DNA of 64,000 nucleotides from Candidatus Sumerlaeaceae bacterium (GTDB taxonomy: Bacteria; Sumerlaeota; Sumerlaeia; Sumerlaeales; Sumerlaeaceae), in the NCBI GenBank assembly GCA_051003195.1, contig JBPCLP010000033.1, positions 1 through 64,000 on the forward strand, read 5' to 3'. A program made the position numbers and the translations under genes. How positions within the stretch are numbered: the stretch's first letter is position 1; every line of letters starts with the position of its first letter. Of the stretch, positions 40,879 to 50,527 are shown piece after piece. A model generated the notes under the pieces. The model worked only from the letters and a program-made list of their open reading frames with translations, had not been told where the DNA came from and searched no databases.

Positions 40879-41046
40879 ATGTTAGGATGGGCAATCACGT
40901 TCCTCGTTATCGCCATCGTAGCCGCAATTCTGGGCTTTGGTGGCATCGCTGGGGCATCAGCCACGATCGCAAAGGTTCTGTTCGTGCTGTTCCTCATTCT
41001 GTTCCTGGTTTCACTGTTCCTCGGCCGTCGGCCACGGGCGCTCTAA
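40879..41046 (+). CDS. DUF1328 (UPF0391/YtjA) small membrane protein, 55 aa
   Basis: My translation is [63 protein letters not shown]. Not in the ORF track. Confidence 0.92.
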   Translation: MLGWAITFLVIAIVAAILGFGGIAGASATIAKVLFVLFLILFLVSLFLGRRPRAL

Positions 41047-41134
41047 TCCAGCGTAACAGACCATAACCCAGTCCCGGCGTGGGCATCGCATCTCGCACTT
41101 CTTCCCTGGGCCCACTGCCGGACTGTTGAAAACG

Positions 41135-41172
41135 AAAAGCGGGCGGTTTCCACACGAAACCGCCCGCTCTTG
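41135..41172. terminator. Intrinsic terminator between convergent DUF1328 and icd
   Basis: 13-bp stem AGCGGGCGGTTTC/GAAACCGCCCGCT with an A-tract on the left. Confidence 0.8.
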
Positions 41173-41193
41173 CTTGTGTACTTCGATACGCTT

Positions 41194-41287
41194 GTGTGGT
41201 CTACCGTTAGTTCGTAACCTGTTCTGTGTGCCGAATCGAGCTCAAGTCGGCCCTTTGATCTGATAAGTAACTACTGATTCGGCACAC
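41194..41287. repeat. Miniature inverted-repeat element, copy 2
   Basis: GTGTGGTCTACCGTTAGTTCG...GTGTGCCGAATC...GATTCGGCACAC. Confidence 0.88.
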
Positions 41288-41297
41288 CTGGTTGTCT

Positions 41298-42737
41298 CTA
41301 CGAAGAGTAAGCTGCCTGGCCGTCAAAATTGTAAAGGTGCTCCGTCTTAATGAAATCGAAACCTGCATCGTGGATTCGCTTCAGCAGGTCGATAACATCC
41401 GCATGGGACCCAACTTTGCCGTTTTCCCCGATAAAGCGCGCGCGCCAATGATCCGTGCAGAACGCGGATGGTTCACCTTCGGGCCACACCTTAAGTCCGC
41501 GATTGCCGATCACCGAAAGCTTAAATGCGTTACCGACTTCCTTGAGTTTGCCCCCGAGATCGTCCGGGCCGCCGCCCGTCCAATGCAGAAACACGTCAAC
41601 CCCCACCAGGTCGCGTTTCGCGGGAGCCGTCTTGCCCTTCAGTGACTTGGCCTTTGTCAGGTCGACTGCGGCATTGTATTTTACCGGCTTTAGTTTCTCC
41701 GGTTTCTGACCCACACGGGCAACCACTGCCTGCGCAAATTCCTGCGTGCCGACCTTCTGCGTGCTAACGCCCTCTTTGAAGATATCGTACGTATGTACAC
41801 CATCTTCGATTGTCTTCAGCCAGGCATTATGGACTTTTTCGGCAACGTCGATCTGGCCAATGTGTACAAGCATCATGACAGCCCCGAGCAATAGTCCGGA
41901 GGGATTGGCAAGGTTCTGTCCAGCGCGGCGCGGCGCCGAGCCATGGATAGCTTCGAACATCGCGCAGCCTTCCCCGATGTTGGCCGACCCGGCAAGCCCG
42001 ACAGACCCCGCAATTTCCGCAGCTACGTCGGAAAGAATATCGCCGTAAAGGTTTGGCAGCAGGATCATGTCGAAATTTTCAGGCGTGTTGGCCATCTTCG
42101 CCGCGCCGATGTCGACGATCCAATGCTCCTTCTCGATATCCGGATATTCTGCGCCAACTTCGTCGAACACCTTGTGGAAAAGCCCGTCAGTCATTTTCAT
42201 GATATTGTCTTTAGTGAAGCACGTAATCTTTTTGCGGCCGTTCGCCTTTGCATACTCGAAGGCGTAGCGGGCAATCTTCTCGGACCCGGGCCGCGTGATC
42301 AGCTTCAGGCATTGCACAACATCATCGGTCTGCTGGTGCTCGATTCCAGCGTAGAGATCTTCCTCGTTTTCGCGTATGATAACGACGTCCATGACCGGGT
42401 GCTTCGTCCGGATGTAAGGCGCGTAAGAGACGCACGGACGCACGTTGGCATACAGGCCGAACGCTTTACGTGTGGTTACATTCAGGCTTTTGAAGCCCCC
42501 ACCCTGCGGCGTGGTGATCGGCGCCTTTAGGAATACACGGGTCCGACGCAGCGAGTCAAACGCCCCGGGCTCGATTCCCGCGGCAACGCCTCGCTTGTAA
42601 ACCGCTTCACCAATCTCAATGGTCTCAATTTGTAACCGGGCGCCAGCCGCTTCCAATATGGAAAGCGTCGCCTTCATGATTTCCGGGCCGATTCCGTCGC
42701 CATGTGCGACCGTAATCGGCGTGCCGCCGTTGGACAT
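41298..42737 (-). CDS. icd: NADP-dependent isocitrate dehydrogenase
   Basis: GDGIGPEI, KAPITTPQGGGFKSLNV, KDNIMK, NLYGDILSD, EAIHGSAP. Confidence 0.95.
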   Translation of the reverse strand: MSNGGTPITVAHGDGIGPEIMKATLSILEAAGARLQIETIEIGEAVYKRGVAAGIEPGAFDSLRRTRVFLKAPITTPQGGGFKSLNVTTRKAFGLYANVRPCVSYAPYIRTKHPVMDVVIIRENEEDLYAGIEHQQTDDVVQCLKLITRPGSEKIARYAFEYAKANGRKKITCFTKDNIMKMTDGLFHKVFDEVGAEYPDIEKEHWIVDIGAAKMANTPENFDMILLPNLYGDILSDVAAEIAGSVGLAGSANIGEGCAMFEAIHGSAPRRAGQNLANPSGLLLGAVMMLVHIGQIDVAEKVHNAWLKTIEDGVHTYDIFKEGVSTQKVGTQEFAQAVVARVGQKPEKLKPVKYNAAVDLTKAKSLKGKTAPAKRDLVGVDVFLHWTGGGPDDLGGKLKEVGNAFKLSVIGNRGLKVWPEGEPSAFCTDHWRARFIGENGKVGSHADVIDLLKRIHDAGFDFIKTEHLYNFDGQAAYSS

Positions 42738-42971
42738 AACTGCGATTCCTCTTTCTAACTCACTTGCGTTGGATTTTGAATGCTCCCGGTAGTGCCCGGG
42801 ACCGTGTCAATCTGAACCGGCGTTGTTTTCGTTTGTGCCGCTGGCTGTCAAGGCAGGAAGAACAAGGCCTTGCTGTGCCAATTAAATTGCCGCTGGAGTG
42901 TAGTGGCGTGGCTGTGGAATTGCTTAAGTCCAGTATTCGACCGAAAGCCGCATCGAAAGGTTTCGCTTAAA

Positions 42972-43577
42972 ATGATCTACGTGTTTGCCGTTTTTCTCAT
43001 CATCTATGTCCTATGCTGCCTTGTACTCGTTGGCTTTATCCTTACACAAGAGGGGAAGGGTGGAGGCTTGAGCGGCGTAATGGGAGCGAGCATGGGTGAG
43101 ACGTTCGGCTTCGGCGGTGCAACCGCGACAATCCGTAAATTCACGTCCATCGCGGCAACTGTATTCCTCTTGTTTACAATCATCCTGACCTTTCTTGGTG
43201 AACGCGTTGTCGGCGAGCACTCCAATGCGTTTTTTCGCGCTGGTACGGAAGCTCCAGCCGGCGCCGGGGTTCCCGCTCCCGGTGCGGCACCTGGCGCAGC
43301 CCCTCAGCAGCCTCTGGCTGCTGAAGCAGCTTCGCCAGTCGTAGAAGTTCAGCCCGATACAGCAGCTGCGCCAGCCGCATTGCCCATCGAACAGCCTGCG
43401 ACGCAGCCAGCCGCAACGCAACCGGCCCCCGCACAGGCACCCGCGCAATCTTCCGAAGCAGCCCCGGCGCCCGCGCAATCCGAAGCAGCCCCGGTTATCG
43501 CACCGCCCGCCCAATCTTCAGAAGCAGCCCCGGTTGCCGCACCGCCCGCACCGGCCGAACAACCCGCCAACAAATAA
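42972..43577 (+). CDS. secG: Preprotein translocase subunit SecG with long Pro/Ala tail
   Basis: ILTQEGKGGGLSG...KFTSIAATVFL between two TM helices. Confidence 0.88.
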   Translation: MIYVFAVFLIIYVLCCLVLVGFILTQEGKGGGLSGVMGASMGETFGFGGATATIRKFTSIAATVFLLFTIILTFLGERVVGEHSNAFFRAGTEAPAGAGVPAPGAAPGAAPQQPLAAEAASPVVEVQPDTAAAPAALPIEQPATQPAATQPAPAQAPAQSSEAAPAPAQSEAAPVIAPPAQSSEAAPVAAPPAPAEQPANK

Positions 43578-43634
43578 CAAACTTCGGTCAACCAGGCCCG
43601 GCCTCACCGCGTCTATACCATTGCGAGGCAAATC

Positions 43635-43865
43635 ATGGGAATCGAAGACATTGAAGTTCGGATCACCAAGTCCGGCGAGATCTATGTGAAACTCGAGGGC
43701 GCCTCGGAACAGCGCGTTAATAATTATCGTATGTTCCTGGAGCAGCAGGTAGGGTCATTATTGGGGACCGAAATTCTTCAGCGTCCCGATTGGGAACGTC
43801 CCGCCGGCTGGGTCTCGCAAGACGAAGAAAAGCAAAAGCGCGAACAGGAACTCCGGCGCGGTTAA
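43635..43865 (+). CDS. Small protein, DUF2997-like
   Basis: IEVRITKSGEIYVKLEG...FLEQQVG pattern; GAGG RBS. Confidence 0.55.
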   Translation: MGIEDIEVRITKSGEIYVKLEGASEQRVNNYRMFLEQQVGSLLGTEILQRPDWERPAGWVSQDEEKQKREQELRRG

Positions 43866-43938
43866 TGTAGAGTCACTTCTTGCGTAGGGCGGTGCCGTGG
43901 TCCACTTGCGTAGAATGCAATGCGGTAACCCATAGAAC

Positions 43939-45036
43939 ATGTTGGTCTGCCCTGTCTGCGGATTCAGAAACCCGCATTCCAATGAGCGTTGCATCAAGTG
44001 CAGCGCGCTGTTGCAGCGCAATGAAGAGATCATTAACCAGGCGATGTATGACGGTGCAGAAAAAGCGCGCAAGCAGTTCTGGCGCGATGCGATCGGATCG
44101 CGCGTCGAGCGCTTTCAAAGGTTCCTTAGTTTTCCAACGTGGCAGCCAAATCAGGACCTGGCGTATCGCTTTCCTTTCACTGCCGGGGGACTTAGCCTGC
44201 TTCCAGGAGCCGGGCAGATTTACAATCACCAGGTAAGTAAAGGCATCGTTCTTGGATTGATATGGGCCGTGTTATTAGCCGTCTGTATTTTTACAGTGCT
44301 TGCACCGTGGTCAAACCTTCTTCTGATTGGCCTCGTCATCGCCTGGATGCTGATATGGAACGATGCGGTAGGCACGGCAATCAGGATCAACGGCCAGCGA
44401 TGGCCTTTACGAAACAGCCTCGCGCTCCTTTTCGGTGCCATGTTCGTGATCGGCGCTTCGCTTACCGCGCTCCAGTTTTTCGGCCTCAGTATTGTGTCGC
44501 TGGTCAGGGTGCGGCAGGATGTTCACAGGCCACTTATTCAGCAGGGGGACCACGTGTGGGTTAACCACACCCGTTACTGGTTTAACCTGCCAAAGGCCGG
44601 CCATCTTATCTTCTTCGATCCTCCCCGTTTTACGGCACAAGCGGGATCGAACGAGTATTCCATTAACGTCAAAAGCTACTTTCAGCGAGTAATCGGTCTC
44701 GAGGGCGATCACGTGGAAAAGAAAAACGGCTCGTTCTTCCGTAACGGATATCCGATTGCCCGCGAGCAGTGGCCGATCGGGGGCGAACTGCTTCCAGACT
44801 TCTCCGTTGATGTTACAATGGGGTACGTCGCGGCACCAGTGACCCTCATTCCGCAGGACACCCTGGCTAACATGATCGGTGGGGCCATCAGCGGGGGCAT
44901 CAGCATTGTAGGCCATGTCGGACAAAGTAACTTTGTGTTTCCGAAATGGCAGGAGGCCATGCTGGTTCCCAAGGCGCAGATCTTTGGGAAAGCAGTTGCT
45001 GTCGTCAATCCGCCCCAGCATCGCAAGGGATTATGA
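43939..45036 (+). CDS. Zinc-ribbon, multi-TM, S26 signal-peptidase-like protein lacking catalytic residues
   Basis: CPVCG...CIKC; LLPGAGQIY; PLIQQGDHVWVN; QRVIGLEGD; QIFGKA. Confidence 0.8.
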   Translation: MLVCPVCGFRNPHSNERCIKCSALLQRNEEIINQAMYDGAEKARKQFWRDAIGSRVERFQRFLSFPTWQPNQDLAYRFPFTAGGLSLLPGAGQIYNHQVSKGIVLGLIWAVLLAVCIFTVLAPWSNLLLIGLVIAWMLIWNDAVGTAIRINGQRWPLRNSLALLFGAMFVIGASLTALQFFGLSIVSLVRVRQDVHRPLIQQGDHVWVNHTRYWFNLPKAGHLIFFDPPRFTAQAGSNEYSINVKSYFQRVIGLEGDHVEKKNGSFFRNGYPIAREQWPIGGELLPDFSVDVTMGYVAAPVTLIPQDTLANMIGGAISGGISIVGHVGQSNFVFPKWQEAMLVPKAQIFGKAVAVVNPPQHRKGL

Positions 45037-45138
45037 ATGGCTGCTACCGCAGCTTGAGGTCAGCGAATGGGCTTGCATCGGTCGACAGCGGCCATGAAAG
45101 TGCTGTAGCCTTACATCCAATCCGGGTGATACGAACCG

Positions 45139-48100
45139 ATGCGACTTAAAGACCATAGCCTTTGCCGCCGTATTCCGGTTATAGTATTTACCGCTGGCCT
45201 GCTTGCCGTCGGCTGTTCGTGTAGAGCGGCGGCGCTCTCCGTCAACAGCCGAAAGGTGCAGTTGGGCGAATCGAATCCTGTGTGTGCCTGGGACATTGAT
45301 GCGGATGGAACCTGTGAGCTTCTGCTAACCGACCACGGCGGCAAAATGGGTATTTACGATCCCAAGACTCTGAAGCCAATATGGGAGCATCAAGTCGCCG
45401 ACAAAGCGATAACTTCCCCGGCGGTTGGAGATTTCGGCGGCACCGGGGCTTACCTCGTTGCGGTGGGCGCTGCGGATGGATGTGTTTACGTCGTTCGGCC
45501 AGGCACGGGCGAACTGGTTGCGAAGTCGACACCTGGGCCGGCAATTGTCCTGCCTCCGACCGTCGTTCCCCTTGGGAAACTTGAACAGGCGGGTGACGGC
45601 ATTGCCGTCGCGGACGACAGCGGTGCCATTCGTCTGTTGCGCTTAAAAGGCAGTGAGCTGACGGAGATTTTTGCCGTTGGCAGCAATCTCGATGTTTCAA
45701 ACCGCGGCTACTCCAACACCACTGGCCGCTGCGCAGTACCCCTGGGCTGCGCCGACGTGGATGGAGACGGCGTGCCCGAGCTACTCGGCGGAACAGTAAC
45801 AGGCATGTTGCAGGCCATACCGATAAACGATCCGTCGAAACGCTACCTGTACACCGTGTCGCAGGGGCGCTCGATGCAAACGTCCATATGCGTCGGCGAT
45901 ATCATGGGCGCAGGCAATCCGAACGTTATTGTCGGTACCGGCAATGACCTCTATGTACTTTCGCAGGGTGCGTCGCAGCGAATGGATTTCCGTGAAGAAC
46001 GGACGGTCACGGTAAACGGAGCTGCCAAGGGACAGGCGATACTTGGGCCATTTTTGCCCGATGGCAAAAACTGTCTTGTTGGTTCATCAGAAAATACACT
46101 GGTTTCTTTCGCTACCACGCAACTGAATGGCGAAACGCAATTATTGCCGCGTCTCACTTTCGCAAATCCCGCGGCCCGCTTATCGCCGCTTTCGGTATGC
46201 AAGCTCGCCAACGGAAGCTACGCAGCTATTGTGGTAGATGAACAGGGCACGATATGGGTTTTGGATCCTGCTAAATCAGGGGACGAAGGACTGAAATATC
46301 GTGGGGCAACGGGCGTCGAAGGAGTAGTGCCGGTGGGTAATCTCACCGGCTCAGGCAAGCTGGAGATCGCGTATTACAACAAGGCAAACGGCACTCTGAA
46401 TGTCGCAAAGCTGGAGACCGACGTTACAAAGGACGCGGCTCCTACCTTTACAATGGGAGTATCCTTTCAGCGGGATGGTCAGTATGGTCCCGTGCTGGAT
46501 CAGCGAATTGCTGCAGCAAAAACGCGTTTCGAAAGCGCCTTTACTAACACTCTTGCCCAGTTCGAAGCGGCCATGTCCGCAGGAAAGACAGCCGAAGCGA
46601 CGAAAATTTCCGCGGAACTCCTGGGCATGCGCCCGTTTGATGAGAAAGCGCAAAAAGCATACTCCCGGCTTCACTGGAAAGGAAACTTCTTTCGCACACT
46701 GATGTTCATCATCGTCGGTATTGCGGTGCTCGCGGGCGCTGGTTATGCTGCGATGATGGTGCTGCGCAAGCGCAAGGCAGCACAACGGCTGGCCAGCCTC
46801 ACAACCAGTTCCGATTATGATTCTGCCATTCCCGAGCTCGAGCACCTCGCTGCTCAAAAGCCGCACGACAATGAGCTGGCGCTGAAGCTTGCAGACATGT
46901 ACGTCACCGCCGGACGCTACACTCCGCAGTCCATACCGATACTGCAGAAAGTCCGGGCTGCGCACCCCGAGGAAAGCCGTTATACCCTCGCTCTCGCACA
47001 GGCTTACGCCAACGAAGGTGATGAGTCCGACGAGGCACTCGATACGTACCACGTCGCACTGGCTACCCTGGAATCCGGACGCGGGCCAATTGCTTTTCGC
47101 GCAGGGAATGCGTTGCGTCGGCGCAATGATCTCGACAACGCAATCAAGTACTACAAGCTGGCGCTGAAGGAAGGTTATGTTCAACCGGAGCTGACTCGAA
47201 ATCTCGCGCACGCATTCGTAGGTGCAGGCCAGTTCAGCGAAAAGAATCTGCCGGTACTGGAGGCTGCATACAAGAATCAGCCGGAGGACGCCCGGTTACT
47301 GGAGGGCCTGTGTCGTTGTTATGCGGCCGCACGCATTTCTGACAATCGTGCCTGTGTTGCGGCAAAGAGACTTTTGCAGCATAAGCCGGATTCCCAGGTA
47401 GGCTTGAGATTGCTTGCAAAGTGCGAACTGCTGGCCGGAGATTGCGCCTCCGCGCTGGAGCATGCCGAAAAGGCTCGCATCGCAACACCCGACGATGAGG
47501 AATTGCTGCTTCTGCTTGCGCAGTGTTACGTCGTCTCCTCTCGCTCGGATGACAACGCGGTGGAGGTACTCCAGCGCGTAATCAAAACCGCGAGTAGCGC
47601 GGAAAGCGCAGAATTTGTGAAAGCGCTTGCACGAGCTTATGTCGCCCGAGGCAGCAGTGATGACGAAGCTTTCGAGATTCTTAAACGCGCAGCACGGGAG
47701 AACCCGCAAGACGAGGAAATCGTCGGCGGGCTGGCAAAGACCGCGGAGTCACGCGGCGATTCTGCCACCGTGGTTATTTGCCTGGAGCAGTCCGTCAAAC
47801 TCGGGCGCCAAACACCGGAAGTTTACCAGCGACTTGCAAACGCGTATGCCGCCCAGGGAAGCTCCACGCCCGAGTCCGAGCGCGCGTATCGCGAAGCCCT
47901 GAAGAACAATCCCGACGATCTGACTTATTTGCGGGCCCTCGGTTATACGATGCTGCGCCAGGATCGGATGGACGCAGAAGCAGTGCTCGCCCTCGAGCGT
48001 CTGCTACAGAAGGAAACTACCAGCCTGGATCTTGGTGTGCATCTCGCGCGCGCTTACATGCGTAACTCGCGTTTTGACGATGCCGCGCGCATTGCCAACT

Positions 48101-49998
48101 ATCTACTGCAGCACGCCCCGGATAACGATGACCTGAAGAAACTGCTCGCGCAGGCGAGCCTGCAGACAAATCGCCTCGATGATGCAATTGCCCAGTACGA
48201 GCAGCTCTATAAGAACAAACCCGAAGATGTGGAGGCGACGCTGAACCTTGCCGAAGCCTACGCGCAGAAACAGCGCGTGGATGATGCTGCGGTGATCCTT
48301 TACGAAAAGGCGCTGGAAAAGGATCCGGATCGCGGAGCGGTGCGTGTGCTGCTGGCGCGCCATCATGCTGGTGCAGGCCGCTATGCGCGCGGACTTGAGG
48401 AATACCGCCGCGCCGTCACGTCAGACAAGCGCGCTGCCGGGCAGATCAAGGACGATCTGCGTGCACACATTGCGTCCTCTCCTGACCGACCAGACCTGCG
48501 ATGGATGCTGGCTGAGCTGCTGATCGAAGGCAACAACCTTACGGAGGCTATTGAGCAGCTCGACGGCATTTTCGAGCTGGACCCATCGCAGGGCAAGCCG
48601 GTGCTGCAGGCCCTGGATCGAATCCTGGCAAAGGATCCGACCAACCTCCTGGGCAATCTGCGGAAAGGCGTGCTGCTGAAGGCGCAGGGTCGGTACGAGG
48701 AAGCGCGACCTTATCTGGAGCGGGCCCACGCAGCTAACGCGGGGAACGCGGAAGCGGCCGATGAATTACGGGACCTCTATGACACGCTGCTGCACGAGAA
48801 CGACGATGTGAAGTTGCGGTTCGAACTGGGTAAAGTGCACTACGCTTTGCAGGATTATGACAACGCCATCGGGCAGTTTCAGAAGACGGCGCAGGATTTC
48901 CGCTATGAGAACGAATCCATAAAAATGCTAGGGCTGTGCTTTGTTGGCAAGGGCATGCTGGAATTTGCCCTTACCGAGTTTAAGAAACTCGTTATCGATG
49001 ATGACATGAAGGAAATCATGTACGACCTGGCGCAACGCTACGAAGCGAAGAACGACATCGTGGGCGCGAAGCAGGTATATCGCGAGTTGTTCCGTGCCGA
49101 CATTAATTACAAGGACGTGAAGCGGAAGTTCGACATGCTGGCCGGCAACACGAGCGATCCAATGGCGCTGGAGCGCACCAGCCTGATGACGCAGCTCAGC
49201 GAAAAAGCCCGCCGTCGTTATGAGCTGGTTGAGGAACTCGGCCGTGGCGCGATGGGCATCGTCTATAAGGCGCGCGACAATGAACTGGATGAATTTGTCG
49301 CACTTAAGATTCTGCCGGATAATCTTTCGCAGAACCCCGAGGCTGTGCAGCGTTTCCGTAGTGAAGCGAGAAGCGCGCGACGCCTTTCGCACCCGAACAT
49401 CGTGCGCATTCACGACATCGGCGAGGAAATGGGCCGTAAGTACATTTCCATGGAGTTTGTGCAGGGCGGCGATTTGAAACAGCACTTCCGCGGTACGCGC
49501 AAGGGCAAGCTGCTTCCGGAAGAAATTGCGAAACTGATGGCGCCGGTTGCCAATGCGCTCGATTACGCACACTCGCTGCACATTGTGCATCGCGATATCA
49601 AACCTGCTAACATCATGCTGGACGAGTTCGGCGTGCCCAAAGTGAGCGATTTCGGGATCGCTAAAATGCTGGAGAAAACCAGCGAGACCATGGTCGGTGC
49701 GATCATCGGAACTCCATTGTACATGAGCCCGGAGCAGGTGCAGGGCCTGGGTGTGGACAACCGCGCCGACATTTACGCGCTTGGAATCATGATGTACGAG
49801 TTTGCGAATGGGCGTCCGCCATTTACGGAAGGCGACCTTGCCTACCAGCACATTCACGTCATGCCGAAGCCCATTGAAGGAATACCGGACAGCCTGAATG
49901 AGATCATAATGCGTTGCCTGGAAAAAGACCGCGACCAACGCTGGGCGAACGCGGGCGAAATACAAAAGGCATTCGAACAAAGCGGACTCATGAACTAG
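45139..49998 (+). CDS. Membrane Ser/Thr (Hanks) kinase: FG-GAP ectodomain, TM, TPR array, C-terminal kinase
   Basis: Signal peptide; DIDADG/DVDGDG repeats; TM followed by RKRK; TPRs; LGRGAMG, VALK, HRDIKPAN, DFG, GTPLYMSPEQ. Confidence 0.93.
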   Translation: MRLKDHSLCRRIPVIVFTAGLLAVGCSCRAAALSVNSRKVQLGESNPVCAWDIDADGTCELLLTDHGGKMGIYDPKTLKPIWEHQVADKAITSPAVGDFGGTGAYLVAVGAADGCVYVVRPGTGELVAKSTPGPAIVLPPTVVPLGKLEQAGDGIAVADDSGAIRLLRLKGSELTEIFAVGSNLDVSNRGYSNTTGRCAVPLGCADVDGDGVPELLGGTVTGMLQAIPINDPSKRYLYTVSQGRSMQTSICVGDIMGAGNPNVIVGTGNDLYVLSQGASQRMDFREERTVTVNGAAKGQAILGPFLPDGKNCLVGSSENTLVSFATTQLNGETQLLPRLTFANPAARLSPLSVCKLANGSYAAIVVDEQGTIWVLDPAKSGDEGLKYRGATGVEGVVPVGNLTGSGKLEIAYYNKANGTLNVAKLETDVTKDAAPTFTMGVSFQRDGQYGPVLDQRIAAAKTRFESAFTNTLAQFEAAMSAGKTAEATKISAELLGMRPFDEKAQKAYSRLHWKGNFFRTLMFIIVGIAVLAGAGYAAMMVLRKRKAAQRLASLTTSSDYDSAIPELEHLAAQKPHDNELALKLADMYVTAGRYTPQSIPILQKVRAAHPEESRYTLALAQAYANEGDESDEALDTYHVALATLESGRGPIAFRAGNALRRRNDLDNAIKYYKLALKEGYVQPELTRNLAHAFVGAGQFSEKNLPVLEAAYKNQPEDARLLEGLCRCYAAARISDNRACVAAKRLLQHKPDSQVGLRLLAKCELLAGDCASALEHAEKARIATPDDEELLLLLAQCYVVSSRSDDNAVEVLQRVIKTASSAESAEFVKALARAYVARGSSDDEAFEILKRAARENPQDEEIVGGLAKTAESRGDSATVVICLEQSVKLGRQTPEVYQRLANAYAAQGSSTPESERAYREALKNNPDDLTYLRALGYTMLRQDRMDAEAVLALERLLQKETTSLDLGVHLARAYMRNSRFDDAARIANYLLQHAPDNDDLKKLLAQASLQTNRLDDAIAQYEQLYKNKPEDVEATLNLAEAYAQKQRVDDAAVILYEKALEKDPDRGAVRVLLARHHAGAGRYARGLEEYRRAVTSDKRAAGQIKDDLRAHIASSPDRPDLRWMLAELLIEGNNLTEAIEQLDGIFELDPSQGKPVLQALDRILAKDPTNLLGNLRKGVLLKAQGRYEEARPYLERAHAANAGNAEAADELRDLYDTLLHENDDVKLRFELGKVHYALQDYDNAIGQFQKTAQDFRYENESIKMLGLCFVGKGMLEFALTEFKKLVIDDDMKEIMYDLAQRYEAKNDIVGAKQVYRELFRADINYKDVKRKFDMLAGNTSDPMALERTSLMTQLSEKARRRYELVEELGRGAMGIVYKARDNELDEFVALKILPDNLSQNPEAVQRFRSEARSARRLSHPNIVRIHDIGEEMGRKYISMEFVQGGDLKQHFRGTRKGKLLPEEIAKLMAPVANALDYAHSLHIVHRDIKPANIMLDEFGVPKVSDFGIAKMLEKTSETMVGAIIGTPLYMSPEQVQGLGVDNRADIYALGIMMYEFANGRPPFTEGDLAYQHIHVMPKPIEGIPDSLNEIIMRCLEKDRDQRWANAGEIQKAFEQSGLMN

Positions 49999-50003
49999 CC
50001 GGC

Positions 50004-50033
50004 AAAAAAGAAGCCGGAGCGTTTGCCCCGGCT
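50004..50033 (-). terminator. Probable intrinsic terminator
   Basis: AGCCGG...CCGGCT stem with AAAAAAGA on the left, between convergent genes. Confidence 0.55.
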
Positions 50034-50057
50034 GGTGAACTCGCTTAACCCGTTTGA

Positions 50058-50375
50058 CTACTTCTTGGCGCTGGCTTTGGCCTTCTCGAGCATGTTGTCA
50101 GGGTCCGCCTTGAACTTGTCTTTGCACATGTCGCAGCACAGCGTCACCTTCTGCCCCTTGTGCACGACCGTAATGGGGTTACCCATTGCATTGACGTCCT
50201 GCCCGCTTACCGGGCAAATCTGGTTGTTGATCGCAGTTTCGCCGCCCGATTTGTTGCGCTTCGTCTTGGCCCGCTGCGTGCTGGTGCTCTCCTGCGTGCT
50301 GCTTGTTGTATCCTGGCCCATGGCGATACCAACTGCCAACGAGAACGCCAGGACAGTGGCTGCTAGATGTTTCAT
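50058..50375 (-). CDS. Exported YHS/TRASH metal-binding protein
   Basis: Signal peptide; CPVSG...LCCDMCKDKFKADP; AAGGAG RBS. Confidence 0.8.
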   Translation of the reverse strand: MKHLAATVLAFSLAVGIAMGQDTTSSTQESTSTQRAKTKRNKSGGETAINNQICPVSGQDVNAMGNPITVVHKGQKVTLCCDMCKDKFKADPDNMLEKAKASAKK

Positions 50376-50527
50376 CTAATTGCTTCTCCTTTTCGAATGC
50401 ATTACGTGTGTATTCGCGTGGCACGGAAATACCCTGCGCAAGCAAATCGCGCAATTATCGTAGCAATTTTCGAGCACAAGCCCGCTGGGATGCTTGAAGT
50501 GTCGAATAAGCGAGAAATAACAGTGAG

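Noticed and set aside
43578..43634. tRNA often found after secG
   Set aside because: The gap is only 57 bp, with no cloverleaf or T-loop motif.
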